Of a stretch of 64,000 bases of DNA, positions 40,065 through 55,030 are shown in pieces (positions within the stretch are counted from its first letter, which is position 1; each line of letters begins with the position of its first letter). Origin of the DNA: Bispira polyomma. Taxonomy: Eukaryota. Both the position numbers and the translations under genes were made by a program. A model generated the notes under the pieces. The model saw only the letters and a list, made by a program, of their open reading frames with translations, searched no databases and was not told where the DNA came from. The DNA is taken from contig OZ287750.1 of NCBI GenBank assembly GCA_965649765.1, positions 43,896,001 to 43,960,000 on the forward strand. Reading direction: 5' to 3'.

Positions 40065-43000
40065 TTCTCACCCTGCCCTGTATAGTTCCGTTATCACACT
40101 GTCGTCTGCTGTTTAAAGCTCTTCCCGCCAGAAAAAAAGACGAATGTGGCGGGTTCCTGTGGTTTTGCAGTAACAGCTACCACTTCCGGCTGTCACAAAT
40201 CTACCGAAACAAGTGTAATGTACACATATGTACAATCAACCTCTCCACTGCCCCCCATCTAATTCTATCTCCTACTCTCTCTGGTTCTATCCAATATTCT
40301 AGTCCTGCTCAGTTGAGAGGATTATCCCTGTCAATTTTAAATTGATGAGGATTCTCATGTGTCCGTAGATTCCCCAAAAAGTGTTAATCCACACAACTTA
40401 AGAGAAGCAACATTTGTGTTTAGGAAAATATGATACAGTCTTAAATCATTTTTTTTTTTTTTTTAAGTTTTATGTTATGTAATCCTAACATTTATTTCTT
40501 AGTTTATAATTGTTAGCTTCACATAAAGAAAGTGTAAAACGTCATGGTATGAAGCAGCAGTTTATCAGCGGTTTTTCTTTCTAGAATTTTAAAGTCACGT
40601 GTTTATAAATGGGCTGATTGTCGTCTGCCAAAGCATAAAGAGCTTATTTACAACTGGTATTTTGGTGAGAAAAGCCCAGCTTTTTATCCAGATTACGGAT
40701 GTCAATCACCACCAATTTTGCGCTGAGCCACTTCAAAGGCGAAGACTGACTTAAAGGGTGTGTGATGAGCAAATTGCAGTGAATGGCAAATGAAGGCATT
40801 CCCGATTGAAGACGGCATTTCAGCTGCAGGTTATCATAAATCCCTCGTCTCGGCTAGCCTTTACAAGTCTATGTTATACAAGTCTTCAAGGCGATGTAAT
40901 TCAAATCTATGGATTTTAACTACTATAAAAATAGTAATTTTTACAAGGAATTGATTTAGATAAGTTAGCTAATCAATTGAAATAGTGAAAATAAATACCC
41001 AGTGAACATTTGAACTCATATTGATATTTTAAACTGATAATAGCCAGTGAAAATTAATTATTCTTAAAAATTTTAAGATAAATACATATTTTTATGGGTT
41101 AAGCTTATTTCTTTAAGTTCTCCCTGTTTTCTAATGATATAAAGCACTAGTTAAAAGAGTAACCATCCGGCATCACTAACCTAATGGAAGACAGAAGCTG
41201 GATGATAACCATTTATCAACATCTGCAAGGTACTTCAACCACTGGAGACATGACCTGATAAGAATAATGCCACCATTTTAACTGGTTATCCAAGTCATTA
41301 TATATCTATTCGTTTGTGATGGTGATCTTTGTGATTTGTATTGTACTTTTTGATCATAATAAAAATAATGTCTGTACATGGGAATCCCAGGTTGGCATCT
41401 ATAAAGCGGAAGTTGAAGCAGAATTTGACAAATCGATGATAAATGGGTATATTATAAAAATATTCCACGATCAAACAAGTTTTATATTTATTTGTGCATA
41501 CCAAAAAAAAAAAAAGAAGATAGAAAGACGAGCGATAAATGGATATATTAGAAGAATATTCCATGATTTTTAGGCGAGTTTTACAGTTATTGGTGCGAAC
41601 AAAATAGAAGATAAACCTTGGGTAGTTAATATGACTAATGGTTATAATCCTCGAAACATGGATACAAGTACATTAATCCTATTCCAAAACATTGTTGATA
41701 TATTTAAAAAGTGACTGTTCCATACATTTCAAACATTTAAAAATTATGTGTCAAATTAAATTGCAAACGGATGAACATTTGATGCAGATTATATGTACTC
41801 GGCAGCTGAACCATTCAGAAGTGTTAAAATATAGTGAGAAAGGGTTTTAAATCATCAGATATTTTGCAAAATATAGCTTTTGACACCATAATCAGATTAA
41901 CGATTTCAATCTCCAAAACACTATTGCCACTTACTACCTACCTTCAAAAGGCTGGCACTACTATTAATATATATATATATATATAGATTATTATTCCACC
42001 CAGACAAAATTTATTGTAATTTTAGGCAAAAAAAATTACAAGGGAAAATTATCACATTCAAATGTAGATTTACTACAAATTTACAAAAACTCACTTAGCG
42101 TTACTTATTAGACAATATTCTAAGGTTCCCATTTTGTGGTAAATTGCTATGTAGTAGGCCGGATGGGGCCATAGTCATTACTTTTTATGTTACCCAAGAG
42201 TGCTATTTTTAGCTACCCTTGTATTTGTTTATCCAGATATAAACATAATCCATGACACTGGCCAGAAATGGTATTATCGCTCACTGTGGTAATTTTCACA
42301 CACACAAAAAAAAACCCGTTTTATGTAAATTTCTGCTGGTGAAGTCTTGGTACAAAAATGTCACTAATTTGTCTGACACCAGAGGCAGTTCTATTTAGCT
42401 ATTTTTATTTAGCAAATAGGAACATATACTTATAGATTGTAACTGTAACCTAGTAATCACCAAAAGAGTTTATAAACTTTAAATCACATAAATATATAAT
42501 GTTGTACCTTACTTTGAGTTTGTGGCTACAAATAAGAAACTTATTAAATTAATGACGCCTACAAATGAGAAACTTATTAAATTAATGACGTCTAAAGTGA
42601 AACACCTTGTTAAATATGTTTAAATTATTTTATCTTTTCAGACTGAAATCAAGGCTGTGTCTGATAAAAAGAGATAACAGGAATCATATAAATATATATG
42701 TCCAGATATGTGATACATATAGATATATGTAGATACTCATATATGTCACACGTCCAAAGGTATATATCTGTCTAAAACCTGGCTACTACAAAAACAAATA
42801 CATTATTTTGGTATTTGTTTTGTTTTTTTCGACAAATCCCAGTTTCTCCTCCTATAAAGCTGAAAGCAGCTTTCCCGAACAATTCCTGTTGCAAGCCTTG
42901 ATCAGCAAGTGTTAGTAATGCTATCACACAGGGGTCTGGGAAAGAGATTATCTTCTCACAACAAACTATATAGCTCTAGTCTTCTGTTACTTTTTTTAGC

Positions 43001-45263
43001 CAAAGACCTCTAATGTGAACGTTAGCTGGGGGCCGCCATGTTGCATGACAGATCTTCACAATATTCATGAAAACATATATTTGTTCTATTGTGAATAATG
43101 TTATATTTGTCTCATATTTATGGTTAATATATTTCTCTTATATAGGTGGGCTGATAAGAAGTTTATTTTATAAGAAAAATGAAAGAATTTATTGATGTAG
43201 AAATATAATGTTGACAGTTAATGTTTTTGTTTTTTTTTTACTTCTGGGATTTTCCGGTCTGGTAATGCGTCATAGCTGACATAATTAGAAAGTAGGTCAA
43301 ACCGCTATGCAAAACGGTTACTACTAAAGCCTGAAATGTCACTCGGAACCGGAATAGACCTGCGAAAGTGTTGGTGTATGCTAGACTTACATAAAGCAGT
43401 CTTCACCTCCCTTCGACCTGCTCTTTAAAAAGGCTATTCTTGTGACGCTTTGTAAGGCTTATGTTATAGTGTTGATATAACCAAACAGATACATTCACGG
43501 AATTTACAAAAGTTTACCAACTTAACCTTGGTTTATGTTATGTCTTATACCAGGTAAAATATGATACCATACGAGATCTAAATATATATGTACTGTCTTT
43601 TCTTAATGTAACTTTCCATTTTATTTGGCAACAAATAGTTTAAAGTCACCACTAATTCTGTGGGTACGTGATACTTAGCAAACCATATACCATATGCTTC
43701 AGTTACATTAAGATCAGTATCCACTGTAACATTTAAAATCTGATGTAATCTAAGCTTTTTAACTGCTAAATCTTCCCATATAAAATAACCCTATATGCTA
43801 TAGCATCTTCTAAAATGGCCGTGTCATTTCAAAAGTTTGATATATATTTTTTTTAATTGGTTACTTGCCTTTGATCGACTTCACAAACAGTGCTTAAAGG
43901 TGTAATGCACATGCTTTAACATCATCTCCAGTTAAAACATTCCCAGATAATCATCGATCCCTGGTTCCTTGTTCTCCAAATGAAACGCAAGTTAGCACTC
44001 AAACTTACCTCAAGTGATGGCTATATAGAAGTAATTCTATATGATATAGAATTAACCCATACTTGTAACCATTCATTTTAATAGAGCTTTCAACTCTGAA
44101 TTCAAATATGTGATTATATTTTACTAAGGACTAGTCTAGTCAGAGATGTGGAGACATTAGTTTTTGAGCTTGAGACTGTTTGAGAGGACGGAAGCCCCTG
44201 GATTGAACACCTCACCCCTATTCCTATCTCCCTCCCCTCCACACACTACAGAGGGCATCTAGCTTGTAAAATGAGGGATTGGTAACAGCATAAACTCCCC
44301 AAAAACACTTACCCTTCTAAATACACACACACAGAAGGCAGCTCGTCCCAAGACCCAAATTGAATTTTTATCCATAGAGTGATTCTTTATGTTCTTATGT
44401 AAAGGACTGTGTGATTGCTAATAAAGCTGCTTTCGTGTAATTGTGTGTCAAAGACTTGGAAGAGCCTCTTGTGTTGTGCTTGTTATTTTCTTTTATGAAT
44501 TTCAGGCTTTGATAAAACAAACATGACATGAGTTTTTTTTTATAAAGTTTCTTTCTCTGCATTTTTATTGGTATTACAAAGACTAATCGTTTTGCATTAC
44601 TAATATGAGTATGAATAAAAGAATAAGGCATAATGATAACCAGTGAATTCAAGCTTTTCTGCCTTAAAAACAATTCTGAATTAATTAAGATTTGAATTAA
44701 AACATATCTACAGCTTACGAGAGTAAACTATTGAAGTAATATTTTTTACAAATATTTTTTTTCTGTATTATTTTTGTATAATTATATTTCATAATTATTG
44801 GTGTGTACTTGTTATTTGTTCTAATATGGTCTATTATATATATTTATCTTAGCATTTGTAAATATACAAATTGTGTTGATATTATGTCTGAAATAAAGTT
44901 GTTGTTCTTATTTCAGGTGAATCTTTATTACATGGGATAATAATAATAATAAGGTGTTTAATAGAGGGCTGTGGAGTGGACTTATTCTGAAAAATTTTAG
45001 CATGCATTGAGAAATACATCCATTCAACGGTGTGCAGATATATATATAAGAATAGGGAAAACCATAATCTTAATTAAAATCTAGTCTCTTTTCAGAGAAG
45101 ATCACTACATTAAATGGAACAGTTTAAGTATTAAGGGTCTTGCTAACCGGCTCCAGTGTAGTATGATTCGAACATGTACGATCCGATAAAAATTCAAGAA
45201 ACAATAAAAAATATATTTTCCATATATACTTCATCATATCCGTTCCGATCTGTGGCAATCAAA

Positions 45264-45520
45264 GGGGGCCACGGTGGCCTAGTGGTTGGAAAGCATTGCG
45301 CTTCACAATCACTGGCCTCTCACCTCTAAGCGGCGTGAGTTTAAATCCCATCGATGCCTATGTGGGAAAGGTGGTAGTTCCTTACTGTGGGCCACTGGTT
45401 TCAGTGCAGAACCTTGATCATCTGTATGCAGTGTTTCCTTCAGCATTTCCAACTACTCGTCCCAATATAACCTAAATTGGTACTAGAGTGGACGGTAAAT
45501 ATCCCAATTCAAATTCAAAA
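45264..45520 (+). mobile_element. SINE family A, copy 4
   Basis: 14-bp TSD CTGTGGCA(A/T)TCAAA at 45250-45263 and 45521-45534; (AAATTC)n tail. Confidence 0.92.
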
Positions 45521-48500
45521 CTGTGGCATTCAAAACAATATAGAAATTTCTTTATTTCTGGTCGGATCGGATGAGAAGAAGGACTGGAAATCTTAAAATA
45601 TATTATTAAACCTCTTATTTCTTCCTAATATCACATTTTCAGTGATAAAATACAAACTAAATAGAAAACAGTTGTTTGCTTTGTTTACATCCTAACTTAA
45701 AACCGGAAATGAAAATTTGAACTAAATGGCAAACTTCCTGTTTTGTCACATGTTTCAATGTTAAAAAAAAATGAAAAATTGACTACAACCAAATGACAAA
45801 GCGTATTTATATTTAACCATTATTTTACTTATTGCAAGTTATACCAGCTTTTTAGTGAGCAATATGTACCCAATATCGGATGCAGTATAAAAGTACCATC
45901 CAAAATGGTCTGATAATTTTGTACGCAATTGTTCTGACCATACCAACCCCGTAGCCACTTTGCAAGAGCCTTAATACCCCACGAAGGTGTGCTGAACAAA
46001 GTATTTACAAAAGTCCTCAGTTTTAACTTAAAGCTAAGGCATTTGTGAATACCAATTCCCAGATGTCTTCAATTTGATATGACATACACAAAATGTGCTA
46101 TAATTGCAGAGACAATTTCATGGGCATATTATATTGTACATTCTTAGAATAAAAACTTTCATGAAAGAGCTACAACTCAGCCCTTTTCCCGCCATAGTCG
46201 TTTCCAATGATTCACCTAAAACTTACAAGTATTCCAGTAAATTAAGCATGTAAGATCAGCTAAATGTAGGATTGTCCTCAATGTACAATGTGTGTTAATT
46301 TTCCCACTTATGCCCTGTTTCCATACACGCATATCAAATGTATACGTTAAAATTTCAATTCATTTTACATATATTTTCGACGGTGTTCAAATCTATGTAT
46401 GTATATCATGCATATCCAAAAGAAACTTCTCCGGGAATCGTTTTTGATGAATACAAGTAGCAAAAGTTGAAACAAATATTGGTGTTTGGCATACATAAAG
46501 ATATAAAATGGTGAAATAAGTATAAAAATTGGATAAGTAATGACAACGTTGTGGCTTAAAAGCCGTATCTTATAAAATAAAGGATAGATTTGACACGTAC
46601 AGGTTACGTGTATGCATGTATGGAAACAGTGCTTTAGAAAACATGTAGGCATCAACACTGTAGCATCATGGTTGTAGTGGTGTAAATGCATTCTATTGTA
46701 CATGAGAGAAGTATCATGGGATCAGCAGATGGCAAGGCAGAAACGAGAATGCAAATGTTTTGCTTGGCTTATCTAAGCAAAGGAAAATACCAATAACCAA
46801 TCGAATACAGGGCTGTTGTGTCAAAGAAAAGTGTCAGGACAACATGTGCTACAGCTATAGGGCGAGAGGGGTAAGAGAAATAGTAAAAGAGGAGGGGGTG
46901 TTGGGGGAGGGGTAAAGCCTTCCCATTCTATGGATTATTTGTAAAAAATACAATGATATCAATGACTTTCTCAGTTTGGTCCAATTTATAATGCAAAGAT
47001 AAGCAATGCAACACAGAAGTGGAAAAAGTACACAAAAAACCTTACCCTATCTCAAGGTCCACATGGTTTTATATGAGTTGTATTGCTCTGAATAAATGCA
47101 GGACTATTAGCCACTTATTTGAACCACAAGTATGTATACAAAAACAGAGGCTTGAGAATAACGAATTATCATTGACCTCAAGATCCATTACTAAGTTTGG
47201 GTGACCAGATACAGAAACATAAACAGTCATTCAAATGACCAATCAATTAAAATGGCAATCAGCTGTCATGGGTTCTAACCCCAGTGACAGACTGGAGAAC
47301 CATGGAAGTGTGGATAAATGGTTATTACCAAGCCTCTCCTTTTTAGCTAGAGGTATGAGGTACTGTTGCTGGCTTGATGCAATTAGGCAGTCAAGAAAGG
47401 GACTAATTAGCACCTTGAATACAATCTAATGGTAGATAGATGTGCCTAATATAAATGTCCATATAATACAATACCTTTTAAAAAGTCCACATTAGACAAT
47501 GTTCATATATCCTTTTGTTCTAAACCATAGCATTATAAAGTAGAACAGGTGACGCATATTTGATAACTAACTTTTTCCACAGATTTTTCTAATAACTAAC
47601 TTTTTCCCACATATTTTCTACTTGAGATGTTATTTTATGAAGATGTCACTGTTTCTAAACACCTCTGTTTAATATGTAGATCTTGTTTTGTAAATCTTTT
47701 TTCCAAAGACATTATATTTTGAAAGAATAGCAAATAAATAGCAAATACGTTTGCAAATACTTTGTTTGGCCACTAGACGGTTAGACTACTATAGTTCAGT
47801 GTTGCAAATTGCAGGCCAATCTGGTCTGGTTTGGGTTGCAACTTTGTTATAACTTCAATACATATATGGATGTGACTATTGTATAATAACATAATTAATA
47901 GGTTTTACATAGGTGTTATATTCCTGTATGTACACATCAATCACCAAATGGTTAGAAGTCAAGTCAATTAATGTTGACAGGTAAAGTATACATAACGGAA
48001 GACTTTCTTTAAGACCTTTCTTGTAAATTGTAATGAATGAGCGCCTTATGACTTTTCTTTCTCCTCTTACTTTGTATTGAAGTAGTAACTCCTATTAAAT
48101 ATCACACCACTTTTAATAGGGATGTATTTGAGTACTAACGTTTGTTACTATCGTTTGTTAAATATCCAAGGGGCCCGAATTTACTATAGATTTCTCTACA
48201 TTGATTTTGCAGCTTACACCTTTAAGCACTAGGCCACCTCGTCTAAGAATATGTGGGGCCTGGGCTAAAACTTGACCATCAATTGAATTGCCCTTTAACT
48301 TAAAGTAAGTCTAGGCTCCAGCACTGATCAAAACACTTATCTATATTATATTACATTAACCAGCTGTTTTTATTTGGTTTGATGGAAAAAAAATGAAATA
48401 TGACATTTGTTATAGCACAGTTATACAACATGGGGTCATTTCAAATGCGCTTCCTCATGGGCAGCCACTATGGGGGCCGAGGCTTGCTTGAGGATGACTA

Positions 48501-49312
48501 TTTATCAACGTCCCCAAAGATCCATAATATGTGACTGGAGATAGCACTCAGTGACAGAGAACCACCATTTTAAGTGGTCATACGAGCCACTACGCAAACT
48601 TGTGTTCACTTCTTGCTCAAGGATGTTATCCGCCAAAATGAAACTAGCGGTAGGTACCAGGAATAGAGCCTAAGACCTTCTGATTATGAGATCAACACCC
48701 TAACCATTAGAGCACAGGGGGGAATCACATAGGTTACAAACTATATAAACTATATAGAACAAATTTAACCAATCCCTGAAATGTTCTCTACAGAAGTTAA
48801 TGCATGAACCCTTTATTTACAATATAAATATATATTATCTGGCTTAAATGTTTTTCATAATGGGAACATAACTTGACAACAACTGGATTAATTTAAAGGA
48901 CACACTGTTGTGGCTTTATTTAATCACTCGGTTTCACATACACCTAGTTTAGTATCAGAGAGGTTCTACCAACAGTTTCTTTAAAACTTTGCATGACTGT
49001 GATATGTATGTTTGATGATGTATGTACTTTGGACATAAATTGATTCAGTTTATCACTTTATCTCTAATCTTTAACACAGACATCTTTGATATATATTTGT
49101 TACGTATTGATTGTGATGTGCTCTGTATTGTGACTATTCTTCAACATATGTTGAGATAACAATTCCTTTTTAACCTATACTTGTACACATTTTGAGTTAT
49201 ATATATTATTATCATATGCTGTATCTTGTCTAGGAAATAGATTGAGTTAAATAAATAAGTATACAATACACATTTTAAAATACAATTACAGCTAGCTATC
49301 AAAAAAATCATT

Positions 49313-52300
49313 ATGAAAAACATCAATCTATGTGTGATCGGTGGGGGAGTTATAGGTCTCTCTACTGCTGTCAATATAATTGAGAACATTTCAGATGTTA
49401 AAGTGGATATTATAGCTGAGAAATTCTCACCTAACACGACTAGTGATATATCTGGCTGCTGGTGGGAACCACATGATGTCAAAGACAAAGAAACTCTGTA
49501 AATTGGTTTTTGTCTGGAGTGGTTGGTTTTGTTTGTTTTGATAGGCATGTGTTCAATAAAAATATATGCAGGTTATTGACAAGGAGTTATGGTCAATGGA
49601 TTATTGTATTAAATCTTGTTTTCTAGCAAAATAAAGGGTTACATTTTTTGGAAAAATGATGTCACATGTGACTTACACTTAAATAAACTATTGGTGATCA
49701 TATAGCCTATAAAGCCTATAAAAGATACAATATGTACGCCACTTCACCAACGGTAGTAAACATTAATTTTGGTTCCGAGAACAAATAAAAAAAACCCAGT
49801 GATTTGAAGTTATATCTCAGCCCTACTGTTTTGCAGTAAACTGGCAGAAACCACTTTCCAGTACATGAGGGATCTTAGTACAACAGAACATGCATCTCAA
49901 GTGGGGGCTTTTATGTTGTCTGGCTATTACATTTCACAGAACAAAGTTCAAGTATGTATAAACATTTGTTAAACCTTCCCTATGAAAAAATATTAGGAGA
50001 CTAATTTGTCCAGAAAATAGAAGGTTGGTATAATAGAAGAGACATTTTTGTATAAAATGAAACAACAGGATAATCTACCATTTGGCTGAGTGTTAGTTTT
50101 TTCACAAATCAAATATTTGGATAATTGAAATTCAGATAATAGAGGTAATATTGTAGTTAATAGTTATCTAGAAATACATTTTGTTTACCAAGGGAGTAGA
50201 TTAACTATCAAATTAGTAATATGTGTGAATTACAAGTCTACATTTGCTTTTTAGCCACCAATATACAAAGATATATTTAATGGGTTTCGTGAACTGACCA
50301 ATGGAGAACTCCTCACTTTTCCAGGTTATAGGTAAGAGTCTTTTTATGTTATTATGCATATGGAATTTAATAAATGTTTATGGTTAACTGCCACTGTGGC
50401 CTAGTGGGCAACATACTCGTCTCCTGGCCAACCGAGTACAGGCAGATACACAGTGGCATAAAGTACCACCTAAAATGACAGTCCTCTGTTATTGAATCCT
50501 ATCCTAAATATTAACCAACTAATATAGGATTCCAGGAAACTCTCTCTGGCTTTAGAACTAACTTCAAGACCCTGGCTTACCCTCCATATATTACCTTTCC
50601 TCCACGCCACCCCCGACCACAAATTTGCATTGGAAATAGACTATGATTTTAACAACGTTGGTATTAATGTTGTGATTTAGAAGTTGCCTGGCATCAATTA
50701 GGTACGTTAAAATATGTCATATCATCATCCCCAGTGGAATGCTAAATAACCTTAGAAACAATTAATGTTATAAATGGTTATTGTCAAGCACTGTCTTTAG
50801 TTATGGAAAAGACCATTTGTGCTGCTGTTTGGCTTAAGCATTAATTACAGCTTTGAATAAATAGATAAATAAATGGGATGCATATAAATTTCATTACAAT
50901 GTATTAGTTTATATAGGTTTCTCAGTGTGTAAACAAAGATAGTGACATACTTAGATATTCAGAACATTCTTCTAATAACACTTTCTATCACCTTTTCTTT
51001 AAAGTTATGGTTTTGGTTTTACCTCAGCCGTATTAGAGTGCAACATTTACCTGCCTTGGTTAATGAAAAGGTAAGATATTTGCATCACATATCATTTTCT
51101 ATTGATTCCATATTCCCCCAAGGAAACAAAAACAATCAAGACTTAAACTCAGACTTAACTCAGATTAAGACTGTATGGAAGTTACTATGCACAGGAAGAA
51201 TTTGTAACTTACAGTCACCAGAAATGTGTGTATCTGACCTCAAAGGTCAAAAGAGGTGAGCATGACCTTTGAAGGTAAAATGGTGATGACCTTGAAATGT
51301 GATGAAGTCGGATGTAGCTTGGGATCAATTTATTTACAAATTTCCTTGGCTTCTAAAAACATCGATACAGAAAAATTTAATATAAAAGTTTTAAAATACC
51401 AAAGCCAAACTAACTACAGGAAGCACTTGTAACTTCTAACCATCCACGTCATAGAAGCTTTTAGTGCCAAAGTCAAATATGTTGTTAGATTTTACCGAGC
51501 ATCATTTAACGAGAGATAACTTGACCTCAGATTTGAGGTGGAGTATAAGTTAACATTGATATTTTAAGAGAATATATGTCACAGTACATTTGCACATTAT
51601 AGTTTTGTGTGTATTGATTCATAGTCGATCCAGAAAAGGTTGATTAACTGATTTGTACTTTTGTACTATGCTTGCACCATACTTGGTGTTCTCTATATGT
51701 TTATAAATAGTAATTACATGGTATTTATTTACAATATACATATTTATTTTTGAGCTTTTCATGGATAGACAAAAGATTGTAAGTAAGTTCTTACATTCTG
51801 ACAGTGATAAAAACCATGATCAATGGCAGTGTAGAAATTATTCTAGTAATTAGAAAATATGTTAAAATGTAGTAATTAATAAGTCGGCTAAAAATATGTC
51901 ATCAATGTAACAGCTGAAGTCACATTGTTTTAATGGAATAGTTTTAATGTCACGTTAAGGTTTGTCCGAAGAGGTGGAAGGATGACCAAGAAGAAAATTT
52001 CTTCATTGAATGAGGTATGTGAGAAATCAAAGGCTAATTCTCCTAATTAGGCTACTTTGACCCATAAATTATGTATTTGAGGGTAAATGAATTAATATGA
52101 ATGAAATTGTATTCACGTTTATCAGTGGCATCAGCCAATTTGTTTAAGTAGAATAGATTTTGAGCCCATGAACACTCCTTTTCTGTTTAATCTAGTAATG
52201 TTTGGTTGTCTAAATATTTTAAAGGCCGGAAAAGTTTGAGAAGACTTTCAGAACTACTACCGTTTTAATGAGGTGTGTTGTTTTCAGTTAGCCTCAAGAT

Positions 52301-55030
52301 ATGACATAGTAGTGAACTGTTCTGGACTGGGAGCATCTGATCTTGTACAGGATAGAAAGGTCAAGCCAGCCAGAGGACAAATGGTCCGTGTTCAGGCACC
52401 TTGGATAAAGCATGGTGTTTTTAACCTGGGCAATGATATAGCTTATGTTATTCCAAGGTAAAGAACACTCACGCCATACATAGAACTATTAAATTGTATT
52501 TCATGTACATAGATATGTGATATTTGTTTTGGAAAAATATATAGTATTCCATTAAGAGAATTACCCGAGGGAATAAAAATGCATTATCTGGTAGTATCAC
52601 TCGGCAGGTATAATAAATGCGTTTGCTTGAATGTATTATGTAAGTGAAACAGAAAATATACTTATTTTAACATTGTAGATTGTTATGTTCCAGTGGCAGT
52701 GGGCTCCCATGGCCTGGTAGTTAGGGGAGTTGGTCTAGTGATCAGAAAGTTTTACTCATGGTAACGCCATATTGGTAATTGGGGTATAACATCCTTGGGC
52801 AAGAGTTGAACATGCAATTAACTACTGATGACGACCTATTGGCTACTTATAAAGATCATGATTTTCGTTTTTCACTTTCAAAGAAGTCTGGCATCAATAA
52901 GGATCATTAACACTCCACAATACATTGCAATGCAGATGTAATATCCAAGGTTTGGCTTGATGTTTCAGAAGTGACCATGTCCTATTGGGGGGGACTGAGG
53001 AGGAAAGCTATGACTTAGAAGTTTGCATGGAGACCAGGGAAAGAATTATGGCAAGTTGTGAGAAGTTAATACCATCATTGAAGGTAAGCCAAAATTAGTT
53101 TTAACACTACTTATGTTAAGAATAATTTTACACAGCTATGTTGCCAATTGGGGTTCTGATCCAACATAACTACCTTGCACCAATGTACACAATAACATCA
53201 TCTTACTGAAATTAGTAAGATACACTAACATTAATAAAAAAATTATTGCAAAACATGTGTGATCAGCCTCTGTTCAGTGCTTTTACATCAATAACCTTAT
53301 TGAACCAATTACATAATGCCCCCTTGATACATGATCATCTAAGGTGCTCATTTTTAGAAAGGGGTAGTCGTACAACATCATCATTAGTCAAGGCGTGTTG
53401 TCCATGGATGTTATCCCACCAATGAATCTAGCAGTATAAGTGGGAGTTGAACTGAGGACTTTGTGATCACCAGACCAATTCTCTAACCACTAGCCAATAG
53501 AATACCACTGTAGATTATGGAAACTCTCACCTATCAATGATGTATTGTAATAAATAGTATAAAGTCCATATATTTCATATATGCACACTCAGATTTCTGA
53601 AATCAAATCTGAAGTCAGTTATTTTTAATGTTAGGTGTATATCTTCCCTTCTATTGTAAACTGAAGATTATAGGAAAATGGAATTTTGAGAAACAGATAG
53701 ACCTTGTTATTGGTATAATGTTTTGATAAAATAGATCATTATATAAATCTTCACTCACGTTTCCACATGCCACTGTTTTTATGTACTATATATATTGCAA
53801 GTTTTGTATATAATAGTATGCCAAGTTTGAGAGTGACATAGTCGGTCTGAGACCTCACAGATCTACAGTGAGACTGGAGAGAGAAGAGGTGTTAACAGAT
53901 GATAAGAAAAACATACAGGTATCTGGGGTGAAAGATGTACATTATAATGTAGATGAGTATGAATAAGTATAAATGTCACTTTATGTAACACTTATTAAAC
54001 AAGACCAATGAAAGGATTTAGTAGTAATAATGGTATAGGGATTTCATGTATTTTAAAGCCTGGCCAGTCTTGGGGATTATTCAGAATAAAAGAGCTAGTT
54101 AGGAATTGTGGCATCAAAGGTGGATTTGTGATTATTACAAAAATTTGGCAAATTGGAGGTGAGTTAGGCAGGGGAAAGTTAGTAATGCCAAACAAATCTA
54201 TTTTAGAAAATTGCCATTAAACCTTCTATCTAAGGAAACTGTCAGGAAATTTATTGTGGATACAATGCTAAGATTTGGAAAAATTATCATGCCAGTTACT
54301 AGCAAAGAAAAACTGTCAGAAAATTAATATTATAGCAGCAATTAATATGGTTTTAGATACACTCCTAAGATTTGGGAAAAGTAGCATGACAGCTCCTATC
54401 AAAAGGAAACTGAAATATGATAGCAATTTTGATATAGTTCTTCAATAAATTGCTTTGATGAAACATAAATAAGAAAACTTTTCAAAATAGATTTTGAACA
54501 TATTTCTCAGATTTATTTTTTGTGACGGTTATGTTTTGGTATTGAAAATTCCACAATTAGAACAAAACTTTAAAAAATCCTTAAATAGAATAACATGTGA
54601 AGTATCATATAACCTGAAAGATTCCGAATTGCGAAAATAAATTAAATTGTATGTTTTTTTATGGGAATATTGCACAAACAATATTTATATATTCATCATT
54701 CTTTTGTTTCCAAGTGATATTTTCTCATCTGGGACATTTACTGTCTATACACTAATTATTTTCATTTGTGAAGAGCAAAGATATAAGAAAGTATTGCATG
54801 TTGTGTATTTACATAAACTATTTTACAGATTGTTCACATTTATGAGCATGGAGATTATTATTTGATTTACCAAAAATCAAAAGAGTGATTCTTGCACCAT
54901 TATTTTACAGGTTGTTCATAATTATGGGCATGGTGGGTCTGGGGTGTCTTTACACTGGGGATGTGCACTGAAGGCTACCAGTCTAGTACATGAAGCAGTG
55001 GACAGGATAAGGACCCAGTCTAAACTCTAA
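49313..55030 (+). CDS. DAO: Peroxisomal D-amino-acid oxidase / D-aspartate oxidase family flavoenzyme (9 exons, 334 aa)
   Basis: Exons 49313-49497, 49837-49951, 50255-50331, 51005-51070, 51960-52014, 52288-52457, 52969-53083, 53817-53918, 54911-55030 = 1005 nt, open, all GT-AG. Motifs: GGGVIG (FAD), [35 protein letters not shown]-terminal SKL. DAO versus DDO orthology is unresolved. Confidence 0.93.

Noticed and set aside
43240-45750. Oxidase promoter or 5' UTR exon (ETS-like CCGGAA sites; acceptor at 49290-49291 implies an upstream exon)
   Set aside because: Several candidate donors and motifs exist; the exon cannot be placed without transcript data.
19607-47429. Numerous 60-150-aa ORFs in the ORF track
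   Set aside because: Low-complexity AT-rich translations, often with non-ATG starts, and no domains or splice-consistent chains. The exception is 36786-37034, which contains receptor exon 1.
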